From contig OZ037765.1 of NCBI GenBank assembly GCA_964035545.1, positions 19,158,995 through 19,222,994 of the forward strand: DNA of 64,000 nt. Direction: 5' to 3'. Position numbers and translations under genes: made by a program. The notes under the pieces were generated by a model that did not search any database, had not been told where the DNA came from, and saw nothing but the letters and a program-made list of their open reading frames with translations. The stretch's first letter is position 1; every line of letters begins with the position of its first letter. The DNA comes from Bugula neritina. Lineage: Eukaryota > Animalia > Bryozoa. Below, in pieces: positions 39,055 to 53,627 of the stretch.

Positions 39055-40561
39055 TTATGTTCTCAAGGATTTCATTACTCTACAAACACACGACAACTCT
39101 AAATAAAACAAGTTAAATGCACATACAATATTTTGAGTTTATCTATAGTAAAGTTATAAAAATAAAGAGGAATAATTTAGTCAAGTAATTATATATATCT
39201 AACTGAAAATTTATATAAACTCACTTTTCATATATTTGTGATAAGCTGAGTTCATCTTCATCTGAGGCTTGTATTGCTATATCAGCACCAAGAGCATCTT
39301 TTAAACCAGCTTTACTTGCAGCATAAATCATCCTGTCTTTAACACAAGCCTTGTCACCTACCCTAGAATCAAGTAAACAATATTTAACAAGCATCTTTTG
39401 GGTTTCATAGAAAATCATGTTAAATTTATATAAGTTTTTGCAAATATCCCAGTTATTTGAATGCAAGTTTGAACAAAAGTCAAAACACTTACCAGGAAAT
39501 GAACAAAAGTTTTCTCCTTTGAGATCCGTCAAATAGAAAATTAAAATCAAAAGCAGCATAACGAGCATGACCACCATTATTAGCGTCTCGCAATTCTTTT
39601 ACCATTTCTTCATAGCGAAGCAACTTAGTTGGTTCTTTGGGGTTGTAGCATGAATCTGCTAAACATACACAAAACTTGTATTATAAACTTAGTCTAACCA
39701 ATGCTGGACAAATAATGGCTAAAACTTTAGCAATTTGCCCAATACTTAGCTAAATCTCAATTCAAAACAGTTGCAAAGTAAGTACAATATGACTGGAATT
39801 CAGCAGCTTGTAACAACATCAAAATATAAACAATAAGAATGCATAACTTTAAAAGTACTTACCATCTGGAAACCCTCTTGACAGAACCTTTATAACTTTA
39901 TTATCTTCAATGTGATATACAAAGTATGAATGTAGTTTTTTCATTTTCATCTCTTCAAACAGACGTACAGCTTTGTCATCTAATGTAACACCTGAACTGC
40001 AAGTGGAAGGCTGTAAAATACAATAAGAGTTACGCTGTATATTATATAAAAATAAGCTATTAAAAATAGGGAAATAATATCAAACACTAAATAAGCATCA
40101 CATTCATTTAAAATCACTATCAAGCTGGTTCATAGAGTACTATAAATACAGCTCAGCTGTACTTCCTTTACCAATAGTTTGTAGTTATCTTATAGAATAA
40201 CAATTTTACAACAAGCTGAAATTTAGAGCTATAAAAATCATCAAAATCAAAGGAATAATCTATATTCAACTGGGCTATTGTTACTTGGTCACATACACTA
40301 AGACTAGAGCACATTCAGCAACTACAGATACCAGCCTATCATACGTCAGTTCAAGAAAGATCTGCAGTGATAAATAATTGAAAGTCACAATGATTATGAT
40401 AAAACATAGGTATACCGATTATAATCACTTACTAACATGCTACTTGCTAGTGTTACTATAGTACTAGTAGTAGCAACAGACACAGTTGGTAACGCAGTAA
40501 CTAAATGTTCAAGTCTGTACGCTACTATTAGTGTAGTAATAAACTAAACTATATTTACCAT
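39055..40561 (-). CDS. ADF/cofilin copy C (159 aa); exons 40561-40559, 40010-39863, 39658-39493, 39362-39225, 39079-39055
   Basis: Intact frame and GT-AG sites; ADF-H motifs. Confidence 0.92.
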
Positions 40562-40671
40562 TTCAAAATATAATCTGAATTGATGCAGATACAAAAATCG
40601 TCCCAAATACTAGCTCAATAACTCGATGTGAATAACTCACTCGGATTGAACAACTACGCAAGTAGCGAAGC

Positions 40672-40699
40672 CTTTATACCCATTCGTTTGGGATTTCCC
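40672..40699 (-). promoter_or_regulatory. Cofilin C TATA box plus kappaB-type site (40690-40699)
   Basis: TTTATA then GGGATTTCCC on the plus strand. Confidence 0.65.
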
Positions 40700-41661
40700 T
40701 TCTTCTAGCGTAGTTGCGTAATACAACGACATTGTGTAAACAATGCTTCAGCTAGCGACCTGCAGCTCGCAATACCATATTTGGTAGCAGAGACAACTCG
40801 CAACGTTAAACAATATCAATCATGATGAAATATTTGTGATGAACTCTTTGCTAATCGTCCTTTGTAAACATCGGTCACAATAGCTTGTTGATTGCAAAAT
40901 GTTAGTTTGAGGTAACCAGCATATTGTCATTATAATATTTGTATTTTATGTTTGTATAACTGAAACAGCTTTTATGAAATCAATTGCCACCAACTTATTT
41001 TCATTAATAGTTACAAAAATATATTAAAATGCTTCAATTCACATTATAACCTTCATCTTTGAAAAAATGAAATTTCCTGCTTATGCAGTATTTACTTTAA
41101 TTGTATTGTTTTGTTGCATTGTTCTATTACAGGCATTATAGGCTACTTGTTCTTATTCCAGGCTTTGACAGCAAACAGTAACTTGTTCATATAAATTATA
41201 ATTTGTATATATTATGATGATACAATACTTTCTGTATAAGATTACATTTATTATATATTGAATCAACAAAGTGTACTTGGTACTGTTATATATATAATAT
41301 TACGATTTATATCTTATCCATATACACACCAGAATGGTATTTCTATACATAAAATAGGGTGCATACTGTAAGCGCTATGTATATGCACTGTATATAGTGA
41401 ATTAGGCTACATAATGATAATAGAATGATAAGAACGACTTTGGCGTAATATGACTTGACTGTTTAATTGGTGATTCATTCAATGTTATGAATCAGGCTGT
41501 CAGCACAATAATACCTTATATAGCTATAATAGAATTTGTAATAATATTACTATGACACACTGTGCGATTATATAAGCAAATTGGTGCTGACATAATCACT
41601 CGCTTAGAAATCATAATTCTTTTCTTACCAAAGTATGAAATTTGCAGACCTTCACTTTCAA

Positions 41662-42392
41662 CCCTTTCGCGATCAACTTTGAAGTTACGTAATTTTATGC
41701 CTCGTTTGAGTTTATTGCAAAATTTGTTAACAAACTTTGTCTAACATCCAATTTTATTATTAAAAAGTTACACTTGATTTTGGCCTTAAATAAACTGGGT
41801 AATATAATTTTAAAAGTATTTCCTATTATAAAAAGCTTTTTAAAGTGACGGGAGACCTTAATTCTAGCTAAGATCAATCATTTTAATTTAACCTATCAAA
41901 ACCGCCATTTAAAAAATGAAAGTTCAAAATGATAAAATTAATTTAAAATGATTCAAAATATAGTGACTTTAACATTTCTGTATATCTAGATGTTCTTTTA
42001 AATGTAAGCTGAATAAAGTAAACTTGCTCTATATAATTCGACAGCAGTTTCTTGCATTTGAAATTAGCGTTAAAATTTAGCGATAATTTTGAAATTCAGG
42101 GATTATATTGAAAAGCAAATAGCTGGCTGGGTAGCTATTCATTTAATCAAACCTAATGGCTATAATGGTCCCAAAATTATTAAGCTGCACCATCAACATC
42201 AATTACAAAATTTTTTAGGCTATTCGGTTAAAAACTGGAAGTTTAAAGTAAGCGCTATTGTTTATTTACGCAAAAGACCATATATGGTCCATTGATCTGT
42301 GGATAGTGCCGCTTTGAGGGACATATATGGTCCATTGATCTGTGGATAGTGCCGCTTTGAGGGACATATATCGTCCATTGATCGTGTAAGGG
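41662..42392. mobile_element. piggyBac-like non-autonomous element with a subterminal 43-bp tandem repeat
   Basis: CCCTTTCGCGATC ... GATCGTGTAAGGG ends flanked by TCAA/TTAA; absent at paralogous sites (~47785, ~53203); repeat at 42279-42381. Confidence 0.75.
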
Positions 42393-42492
42393 TTAATGTC
42401 GCCACAAACCAACGACTGCATTTGTATATTGTATAAAAAATCTACAATTTTGTATTAAAAATACCAAATAAATCTACAAGTTACAGCTGGTA

Positions 42493-43830
42493 GGGGAGAG
42501 TGGGGAAAGTTGAACCAAAAATTGTGTTTTTGAGCATAAGTTTTGAAGAACTGTTTTGCCAATCTTAAGACTAGCACTATCAAAATCATATGTTGCTGCC
42601 TTTGTCAATTAAAACTAAATGCATAAACATTTGACTCAATAAGATAGAGCCATTTTTGACTGGGTTTTTTGGCTCAATGCACCCCGTTAGGGGGCAAGTT
42701 GAACAGCCCTGTGTGAAGGTTGAATCAGTGCCATTTATTATAATATTAATAGCTTTACCTATTTTTTGAGCTGAAAAACAATTTAATAAATATTAACAAT
42801 AAAAAATAAAGGAAATAAATGCAAATGGGCATAAACAAATGACAAAAACATTTGATGTGATCAGCCATTGTAAGTATTTAACATCTCAAAGATAGGTGGT
42901 GTAGAAGACACTTTAAAACCGAAGCAGTAGTAGCAAACTGATAGGAAAGCTTCCAAATGCTGTTTTCTTGTAATTCATTTTTAAACAAGTTATATATTTA
43001 AAGTGGGGTCCTCTTATATGACATCAGAAAATACACGGTATGGTTGAGCATAACCAACTTTTCAGAGGGCTGTTTGAGGGCTCTCAACCTAATGGCAGAT
43101 GTTTTCCGCTACTGCCTTGCTTTACCGTATTTATTGCCGTAGTTAAACTTTCTTAATCTGTTCTCCTGCTAGTTTTCAGTATAAAATGTTGCACCATTCT
43201 GAAAACATTTGCAAAATAGTTTAGTTACACTGTTGACCTACAATTTCATTTGTTCTAAGGCTAAATATATGTTTGGATTTATATATTAATGACAGAAAAC
43301 TTCTAATTAAGAAAAATATAAACTTAAATGTAAAAACTGGTGTGTCAACTTATAATGAATAAAGTGAAAATAGTTAGTGCAGCAAATTGTACCTGGTTCA
43401 ATTGCCCCACTTCCTATGTGGTTCAACTAGCCCTATGCTGTCAGGTTATAAATTATTGCCGATATCTGCTGTGAATAAAACATCTCTGCAACATTAGGTC
43501 ATATTGTCCAGGTTTGAAAGCATGTTGACAATGCACATGTCTGAATTTATTTGACTGGCTCTTAAAATTTGAGAAGCTACAATTATATATATGCATTTTC
43601 TTATGAAAAGAAAGAAATTTTTAGTTTGCTAAACTTTTATGCAAAAAATGTGAAAAATTCTGGCTCACCTGAAAACTTTTGCTTTGAGTTTATTTATTTC
43701 TATATGTCGAGTGGGTCAACTGTAAAAGCGCTCTTAAGTAAAAGAGGTAAGATAGTGCAATGATTTAAAAGAGAAAATTTAAAGCATGTAATTCAACTAG
43801 TCCGGTGGTTCAACTATCCACACTCTCCCC
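42493..43830. mobile_element. Tc1/mariner-pogo-like non-autonomous element (1.34 kb)
   Basis: TIRs GGGGAGAGTGGGGAAAGTTGAACCA / TGGTTCAACTATCCACACTCTCCCC; TA TSD; empty site AGCTAGTACTTG at ~53287. Confidence 0.8.
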
Positions 43831-45139
43831 TACTTGTTTAAATTAATAAGTCATTCCCACAACAATATACTTAATTTTCTATTTTTAGGAAGAATAATTA
43901 TTTATGTTGTGTGCGACATAAAATATAAAGCATGTAAAAACCTAGTAAGAAGTTATTATAAACTTCAAATAATTGCATATTTATTTTGATAAATCTCCAT
44001 GGGTTAAAACAATCACCTCATGCCCAAAAAAAGTGTTTCAGTATATTAGATTATATAAACACATGTCATAATAATATATAAATTTAGTGTTTTCAAAACA
44101 GCAAAAACTCTCAAGCTTTCTCTCTTTCTTTGATTATATCATGTGTGGATAATATTATAAGCATGTTTACTCAGTGTTGCAAGGCAATGCAATTAATTAA
44201 TAATTAACTACACATTTAAAATTTTACTTCTCTAATTTGATGTTTTGTTATAATTCTATATGACAATAAATGTTAAACTTCTGAAAAAAAGATGATTCTT
44301 AACAATAAACGATTTGCATTAGTAACACTTTGTTATTAATGAGAGTCAAAAATCTCGCAGAACATGCATATGCATAGACCCCACATGTAAAGACTTCCCA
44401 TCTATAGACCCACATTTTTTCAACATTTACATGTATATATGAAAATAAAAATAAAAAAGTAACATATAGTAACTATACTATATACTACTTTTTTGGCTAC
44501 TTATGCTATTTCGCATTTTGTAGGTAATTAATGCATGCATATTGTCATTTTTAGCATAAAGTTCTTCACATTCTATCAAATTTCACTTATAAAGAACTTA
44601 TCTTTAATTCGGAGTGTAAAAGTATTTCTCAAAAATGTGATTAAAGCTTTTTATACCTTCACCCACAGATTTCTAGACCAAGATGTTTTAATGATTTTAT
44701 GGCATGTTATTGTAAACTTTATCACTAAAATAAAAAAGTTGAGGGTATAGGAGTTTTATTTCTGAGACATTAAAGCAATGTGTAAATATATTAAATTATG
44801 AAAAAAGTATAATAAATTGCAGTAGACATCCAATATATAGTTTCAGCATACACAAGTATAAAATCATTTAGTTTAACATCTCAAAAGTACTGATTAAAAA
44901 AAATTCTTTAAGTGAAAAATGTGGTGTAAGATAACAACTAAATTGAATTAAATAGCTTAAAAAAAGAAAGACAATGGAATGAAAATAATGCAAATAGAAT
45001 TGATTAATATAAATATTACATTATAATACTACAAACATAAAAGTAAAATCCAAGAGTATTTTCACATCCATGCTATAACACGATGTGTATCACAGCTTCA
45101 AGGTGCAAAGGACACTATTGACTGGTTTATGCTAGGGAG

Positions 45140-46667
45140 TTATGTTCTCGAAGATTTCCTTACTCTACAAACACAATAAAACTCTAAATGAAAAAATTGA
45201 ATTGTACATGTATTCTGAATTCTTCTATAGTAAAGTTATTAAAATTATAAAGAACAATGTTGTAGCCATGTAATCATATATATTTAATTCAAACAGTAAT
45301 AACTGACAATTCATAGACAGAAATAGATTTTATAAACTCACTTCTCATATATTTGTGATAAGCTGAGGTCCTCTTCATCTGAAGCTTGAATTGCTATATC
45401 AGCACCAAGAGCATCTTTTAAACCAGCTTTACTTGCAGCATAAATCATCTTGTCTTTAACACAAGCCTTGTCACCTACCCTAGAATCAAGTAAACAATAT
45501 TTAACAGCATCTTTTGGGTTTCATAGAAAATCATGTTTGACTTATATAAGTTTTTCCAAATATCCAAGTTATTTGAATGCAAGTTTGAACAAAAATCAAA
45601 ACTCTTACCAGGAAATGAACAAAAGTTTGCTTCTTTGAGATCCATCTAATAAAAACTTAAAATCAAAAGCAGCATAACGAGCATGCCCACCATTATTGGC
45701 GTCTCGCAATTCTTTCACCATTTCTTCATACCGAAGCAACTCAGTTGGTTCTTCAGGGTTGTAGCACGAATCCCCTAAACATACACAAAACTTGTATTAT
45801 AAACTTAGTCTAACCGATGCTGGACAAGTAATGGCTAAAAAGTTAAGAATTTCCTTAGTACTTAGCTAAATCTCAACTGAAAACAGTTGCAAAGTAAGTA
45901 CAATCTGACTGGAATTCAGCAGCTTGTAACAACATCAAATTATAAACAATAAAAATACATAACTTTAAAAACACTCACCATCTGGAAACCCTCTTGACAG
46001 AACTTTTACAACTTTATTATCTGCAATGTGATATACAAAGTATGAATGTAGTTGTTTCATTTTCATCTCTTCAAACAGACGTACAGCTTTGTCATCTAAT
46101 GTAACACCTGAACTGCAAGTGGAAGGCTGTAAAATACAATCAGAGTTACACAGTATATTATATAGAAATAAGCTATTAGAAATAGGGAAATAATATCGAA
46201 CACTAAATGAGCATAATATTCATTTAAAATCACTATTAAGCTGGTTCATAGAGTACTATAAATACAGCTCAGCTTTACTACCTTTACCAATAGTTTGTAG
46301 TTGTTTCATAGAATAACAATTTTACAACAAGCTGAAATTTAGACCTATAAAAATCATCAAAATCAAATGAATGATCTATATTTAACTGAGTTATAAATGT
46401 TGCTTAGTCACATACACTAAGACTAGAGCACATTCAGCAACTACAGATACCAGCCTACCATATGTTAGTTTTAAAAAAATCTGCAGTGATACATAATTGA
46501 AAGTCACAATGATTATGATAAAACGTAAGTATAACGATTAATCACTTACAAACGTGCTAGTGTTATCAGTACTAGTAGTACAACAGACACAGTTGGTAAA
46601 TCAATAACTATATGTTCAAGCCTGTATGCTACTATTAGTATAGTAATGAACTAATGATACTTACCAT
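45140..46667 (-). CDS. ADF/cofilin copy D (159 aa); exons 46667-46665, 46126-45979, 45774-45609, 45479-45342, 45164-45140
   Basis: Conserved exon lengths (3/148/166/138/25), GT-AG sites and ADF-H motifs. Confidence 0.92.
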
Positions 46668-46800
46668 TTTAAAATATAATTTGAATTAATACAGTTACAA
46701 AAATCGTCCAAATTACTAGCTCAATAACTCAATGTGAATAACTCTTCGTGCAAGGCGTGACTTCTCACTCGGATTGAACAACTGCACAAGTAGCGAAGCC

Positions 46801-46827
46801 TTTATACTCATTCGTTTGGGATTTCCC
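46801..46827 (-). promoter_or_regulatory. Cofilin D TATA box plus kappaB-type site (46818-46827)
   Basis: TTTATA then GGGATTTCCC on the plus strand. Confidence 0.65.
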
Positions 46828-47884
46828 TTCTTCTAGCGTAGTTGCGTAATACAACGACATTGTGTAAACAATGCTTCAGCTAGCGACCTGCAGCTCGCAA
46901 TACCATATTTGGTAACAGAGACAACTCGCAACGTTAAAAAATTTCAATCATGAGGAAATATTTGTGATGAACTCTTTGCTAATCATCTTTTGTAATCACC
47001 GTTCACAATAGCTTGAATTGATTGCAAAATGTTAGTTTGAGGTAAACAGCATATTGTAATTATATAAATTGTATCTTTTGTTTGAATAACTGAAACAGCT
47101 TTTATGAAATCAATTGCCACCAACTTATTTTCATTATTAGTTACATAAATATATTAAAATGCTTCAATTCGCATTATAACCTTCATTTTTGAAAAAATGA
47201 CATTTCCTGCTTATGCAGTATTTACTTTTATTGCATTGTTTTGTTGCATTGTTCTATTACAGGCATTATAGGCTACTTTTTTTCATTCCAGGCTTTGACA
47301 GCAAACAGCAACCTGTTCATATAAATAATTATATTATGTATATATTATGATGAAACAATACTTTCTGTATAAAATTACATTTATTAGTGAATCAACAAAG
47401 TGTACTTGGTACTGTTATATATATAATATGATTTATATCTTATCCATATACACACCAGAATGGTATTTCTATACATAAAATAGGGTGTATACTATAAGCA
47501 CTGTGTATATATGCACTGTATAGTGAATTAGGCTACACAATGATTATAGAATGATAAGAACAACTTTGGCTTATTATAACTTGACTGTTTAGTTGGTGAT
47601 TCATTCAAAGTTATGAATCAAGCTGTTAGCACAATATACCTTATATAGTTATAACCAAATTTATAATATTATTACTATATGACACAATGTATTATTACAT
47701 AAGCGTATTGACGCTGACATAATCACTTTTTTAGAAATCATATTTCTTCTCTTACCAAAGTATGAAATTTGTAGACGTTTACTCCTAATGTCACCACAAA
47801 CGAACAATTGCATTTGTATTATATGAACAATTTACAACTAATTTGTATTATAGTAATGGATAAATCTACAAGTTACAGCTAGTA

Positions 47885-48677
47885 GGGGAGAGTGGGGAAG
47901 ATTGAACCAAAAATTTGCGTTTTTGAGAATAAGTTTTGAAGAACTGTTTTGCCAATCTTAAGACTAGCACCATTAAAATCAGTCACATGTTGCTGTCTTT
48001 ATCCATTAAAACTAAATGCATTGATAGTTTGCTCAATAGGATAGAACCATTTTTGACTAAGTTTTTTTGGCACAACGCACCCCGTTAGGGAACAAGTTGA
48101 TTCAACTTGTGTGAAAGTTGAATCAGTGCCATTTATTTTATAATATAAAATTTTTTATCTATTTTTTGAGCTAAAAACAATTGATTAAAGATTACCAATA
48201 AAAATGTAGGAAATAAATTATGTAAGTTGGCATAAACAAATGACAAAAACGCTTGACGTGATCAGTAATTGTAAGCATTTAACATCTCAAAGATAGGTGG
48301 TGTAGAAGACGTTTTAAATAACTGAAGCAGTAGTAGCAAACTGATAGGAAAGCTTTAAAATGTTGTTTTCTTTAAACAAGTTATATATTTAAAGTGGAGT
48401 CCTCTCATATGACATCAGAAAATACACGGTGTGGTTGAGCACAACCCACTTTTTAGAGAGCTGTTTGAAGGCTCTCAATTTAGCGACAGATGATTTCCGC
48501 TACTGATTTGTTTTACCGTATTTATTGCCGTAGTTAAACTTTCTTAATCTGTTCCCCGGTTAGTTTTCAGTATAAAATGTTGCACCATTCTGAAAACATT
48601 ATTTGCAAAATAGTTTAGTTACACTGTTGACCTACAATTTCATTTGTTACAAGACTAAACGTATGTTTTGATTTATT
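47885..48677. mobile_element. Duplicated, right-end-deleted copy of the Tc1/mariner-like element at 42493
   Basis: Same left TIR at the homologous insertion site; the sequence jumps to flanking DNA (TGCGACATAAAAT) at ~48677. Confidence 0.8.
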
Positions 48678-49903
48678 GCGACATAAAATATAAAGCATGT
48701 AAAAACCTAACAAGAAGTTATTATAAAAAACTTCAAATAATTGCATATTTATTTTAATAAATCTCCATGGGTTAAAACAATTACCCCATGCCCAACAAAG
48801 TGTTTCAGTATATTAAATTATATAAACATATGTCATAATAAATTTAGTGTTTTCAAAACAGCAAAAACTCTCACGCTTTCTCTCTTTCTTTGATTATATC
48901 ATGTGTGGATAATATTATAAGCATGTTTACTCAGTGTTGCAAGGCAATGCGATTAATTAATAATTAACTACACATTTAAAATTTTACTTCTCTAATTTGA
49001 TGTTTTGTTATAATTCTATATGACAATAAATGTTAAACTTCTGAAAAAAAGATTATTCTTAACAATAAACGATTTGCATTAGTAGCACTTTGTTATTAAT
49101 GAGAGTCAAAAATCTCGCAGAACATGCATATGCATATACCCCACATGTAAAGACTTCCCATCTATAGACCCACATTTTTTCAACATTTAACATGTATATT
49201 ATATAAAAATTAAAATGAGAGAGTAACATATAATAATTATACTATATACTATATTTTTGGCTACTTGTGCTACTTTGCATGTTGTAGGTACTTGATGCAT
49301 GCATATTGTTACTTTTAGCATGAATGTCTTCACATTTTATCAAATTTCACTTGTAGAGAACTTATCTTTAATTCAGAGTGTAAAATTAATTTTCAAAAAT
49401 GTGATTAAAGCCTTTTATACCTTCACCCATAGATTTTTAGACCATGATGCTTTAATGATTTTATGGCATGTTATTGTAAACTTTATCACTAAAATAGAAG
49501 AGATGAAGATATGGGAGTTATATTTCTGTGACATTAAAGCGATGTGTAAATATATTAGATTATCAAAAAAGTATAATAAATTGCAGTAGACATCCAATAT
49601 ATAGTTTCAGCATACACAAGTATAAAATCATTTAGTTTAACATCTCAAAAGTACTGATTAAAAAAAATTCTCCAAATGACAAATGTGGTGTAAGATAACA
49701 ACTAAGTTGAATTGCATAGCTTAAAAAAAGAAAGACAATGGAATGAAAATAATGCAAATAGAATTGATTAATATAAATATTACATTATAATACTACAAAC
49801 ATAAAAGTAAAATCCAAGAGTATTTTCACATCCATGCTATAAAACGATGTGTATCACAGCTTCAAGGTGCAAAGGACACTGTTGATCAGTTTATGCAAGG
49901 GAG

Positions 49904-51684
49904 TTATGTTCTCGAAGACTTCCTCACTCTACAAACACAATAAAATTCTAAATGAAAAAATTGAATTGTACATGTATTCTGAATTCGTCTATAGTAAAGT
50001 TATTAAAATTATAAAGAACAATGTTGTAGCCATGTAATTATATATATTTAATTCAAACAGTAATAACTGACAATTCATAGACAGAACTAGATTTTATAAA
50101 CTCACTTCTCATATATTTGTGATAAGCTGAGGTCCTCTTCATCAGAAGCTTGAATTGTCATATCAGCACCAAGAGCATCTTTTAAACCAGCTTTACTTGC
50201 AGCATAAATCATCTTGTCTTTAACACAAGCCTTGTCACCTACCCTAGAATCAAGTAAACAATATTTAACAGCATCTTTTGGGTTTCATAGAAAGTCATGT
50301 TCAATTTATATAAATTTTTGCAAATATCCCAGTTATTTAAATGCAAGTTTGAACAAAAATCAAAACACTTACCAGGAAATGAACAAAAGTTTTCTTCTTT
50401 GAGATCCGTCTAATAGAAAATTAAAATCAAAAGCAGCATAACGAGCATGCCCACCATTATTGGCGTCTCGCAATTCTTTCACCATTTCTTCATAACGAAG
50501 CAACTTAGTTGGTTCTTCAGGGTTGTAGCATGAATCCCCTAAACATTCACAAAACTTGTATTATAAACTTAGTCTAACCAATGCTGGACAAATAATGGCT
50601 AAAACCTTAACAATTTGCCCAATACTTAGCTGAATCTCCACTCAAAACAGTTGCAAAGTAAGTACAATCTGACTGGAATGCAGCAGCTTGCAACAACATG
50701 AATTTATAAACAATAAGAATACATAACTTTAAAAGTACTTACCATCTGGAAACCCTCTTGACAGAACTTTTACAACTTTATTATTTTCAATGTGATATAC
50801 AAAGTATGAATGTAGTTGTTTCATTTTCATCTCTTGAAACAGGCGTACAGCTTTGTCGTCCAATGTAACACCTGAACTGCAAGTGGAAGGCTGTAAAATA
50901 CAATCAGAGTTACGCTGTATATTATATAAAAATAAGCTATTAAAAATAGGGAAATAATATCAAATACTAATTAGCATAATATTCATTTAAAATCACTATC
51001 AAGCTGGTTCATAGAGTACTATAAATACAGCTCAGCTGTTTTACCTTTACCAATAGTTTGTAGCTGTTTCATAGAATAACAATTTTACAACAAGCTGAAA
51101 TTCAGAGCTTTTAAAAATCATCAAAATCAAATGAATGATCTATATTCAACTGGATTATAAATGCTACTTAGTCACATGCACTAAGACTAGAGCACAGCCA
51201 GCAACTAAAGATACCATGTTTTAGTTTAAGAATTCAGAACAACAGTGTTCATAATTTATAAAATGATTACATTTTAGTCGCAGTTTGCAAGTTTCTCATT
51301 TAACAACAATATTTGAATTAAATTAAAACTCAATTTACTTCTTGGTTATGTGAAATGTTCAATATGAATAAAAGTCAAATTAGGCCAATGCCAAGGTCAT
51401 ATAAACATTAGACAAGTAATAATTACAACACTGATCTGGATTATAAGACGTACATGTGTAGGTACAACAGGAACTTTCCAACGGTACTGAAACACATGCT
51501 GTGTTAAGTAATTGAAAGTCACAATGATTATGACATAGTCATAATGATAACGACTGACCACTCACTAACATGCTAGTGTCACTAGTACTAGTAGTAGCAA
51601 CAGGCTCAGTTGGTAAAGCAATAACTATATGTTCAAGTTTGTATGTTACTATTAATATAATAATAAACTAATGGTACTCACCAT
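49904..51684 (-). CDS. ADF/cofilin copy E (159 aa); exons 51684-51682, 50890-50743, 50538-50373, 50243-50106, 49928-49904
   Basis: Conserved exon lengths, GT-AG sites and ADF-H motifs. Confidence 0.92.
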
Positions 51685-51817
51685 TTTAAAATATAATCTG
51701 AATTGATGCAGATACAAAAATCGTCCAAATTACTAGCTCAGTAACTCGATGTGAATAACTCTTCGTGCAATGAGCGACTTCTCATTCGGAATGAAGAACT
51801 GCGCAAGTAGCGAAGCC

Positions 51818-51844
51818 TTTATACCCATTCGTTTGGGATTTCCC
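51818..51844 (-). promoter_or_regulatory. Cofilin E TATA box plus kappaB-type site (51835-51844)
   Basis: TTTATA then GGGATTTCCC on the plus strand. Confidence 0.65.
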
Positions 51845-52342
51845 TTCTTCAAGCACATTGTAGTAACGTAATTGTACGTCATTCCTCAAACAATGCTTCA
51901 GCGAGCGATCACCTGCTGTTCGCAATACCATACTTGGTATCAGTGATAACTCGCAACGTTAATCAACGAACAACCACGATGAAACTTTTTGCTAATAGTC
52001 ATTTTTAATCATCGATCACAATTATAGCTTATTGATTGCAAAATCTTAGATCAAAGTAAACAGCATATTGTAATTATATTCGTATTTTATGTTTGAATAA
52101 CTGAAACAGTTATTGTGAAATCAATTGCCACCAACTTACTTTCATTAATAGTTACTTTGATCATCACCATAATTTACATCTTTGAAAAATAAAACTTCCT
52201 GCTTACACGCAGTAATTACTTTAATTATATTGTTTTGTTACATTGTTCTATTATAGAAATTATAGGCTACTTGTTCTTATTCTGCAGGCTTTCACAGTGA
52301 ACAGTAACCTGTTCATATAATTTATGTAAAAATTTGTGTCAG

Positions 52343-52747
52343 TTTACTTCATTTAGTACACACCAGCAAACTATGACTTAACATTAAAGTTTGCTCAAAA
52401 TCAATTGAAATTTACTATACATGGTACTTTTATGTGCTGGTTTTAACTACGCATAACAGAAAAGGCTGGGAGGGGATTCCCCAACATTAAAGCACAGGTC
52501 TTTGTCATATGCACTTAATATTCTATATGTGTGGACCGTTACTAACGGTCCGTAACCAAAACTAGCTGAATAATTAGGGAAAAGCATGGGAAATGAAGCA
52601 AAATTAAAAAGAACTTTGATTATTTAGGTGTATTTATTGGTGTTTTACTAGTTTTGGCCAAGAAACCATGTTCATTATCAGCTAAATTGTGAAAAATAGC
52701 CAAAAACTGAAAATTTCGAGTGTGTACTAAATTAAGTAAAATGACCA
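52343..52747. mobile_element. MITE related to the foldback element at 53628
   Basis: TTTACTTCATTTAGTACACAC ... GTGTGTACTAAATTAAGTAAAATGACC; the right arm is homologous to 53845-54049. Confidence 0.65.
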
Positions 52748-53627
52748 ATTTTGTATATATCATAATACAATAATTTCTGTATAGGCACTACATTGAGCAG
52801 TGAGTCAACAAAGTTTACTTTAGAGGGTTATAAATGATATAATGTAAATCTAATCCATATACACACCAAAATAGTATTCCTGTATAAAATAGGGTGTATA
52901 CTATAAGCAGTGTATATAATATACACTGTATAGTGAATTAGGCTATACTACAAAGATTATAGAATGATAAGAACGACTTTGGCTTAATATAACTAGACTG
53001 TTTAATTAATGACTCATTCGATGTTATGACTCAAGCTGTTATAAAAATATACCTTTATATATAGTGATAATAGATTCTATAATAATATTAAACTGTGGCA
53101 CAATGCGTTATTATATATAAGCATTTTGGTGCTGATGTAATCACTTTTTTTAGAAATCATAATTCTCTCTTTGCCAAACTATAAAATTTGTAGACCTTTA
53201 TTTCTAATGTTACCACAAACTAGTGATACTCATAGTGTATACAACTTATTACTTTGTATATAGTGATGAATAAATTAACAAATTATAGCTAGTACTTGTA
53301 TGCATCAATAAATCATTCCCACGTGCAACAATAATATGCTCAATTTTCCCTGCTTATATCGAATAATTATTTATGTTTTGCGCAATGCAAAACTTTAAAA
53401 AACATTCAAAAACTTATAAATAAGAGATTGGCAATTGCAAATAACTTAATGTTAATTATGTACTTTATATCTGAATAAAGCTCTGTGGGCTGAAACAATC
53501 TGTTAAGTTATATAAACATGTGTCATAATAATATGTAAATTTAGTCTTCTTAAAACAGCAAAAAATGTTAAGCATTTTTTCTTGTCGTGTTCATTTTTTA
53601 TAGAGCTAGTATATTAGTACAGGAAAT

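Noticed and set aside
39221-39577. Single-exon 118-aa ORF, and the plus-strand 62-aa ORFs at 25321, 45450 and 50214
   Set aside because: Read-through of cofilin exon/intron sequence or its antisense; the spliced model explains the region.
42279-42381. CRISPR-like direct repeats
   Set aside because: Head-to-tail 43-bp repeats with no unique spacers, inside a transposon end in eukaryotic DNA; the same applies to the 60-64 kb array.
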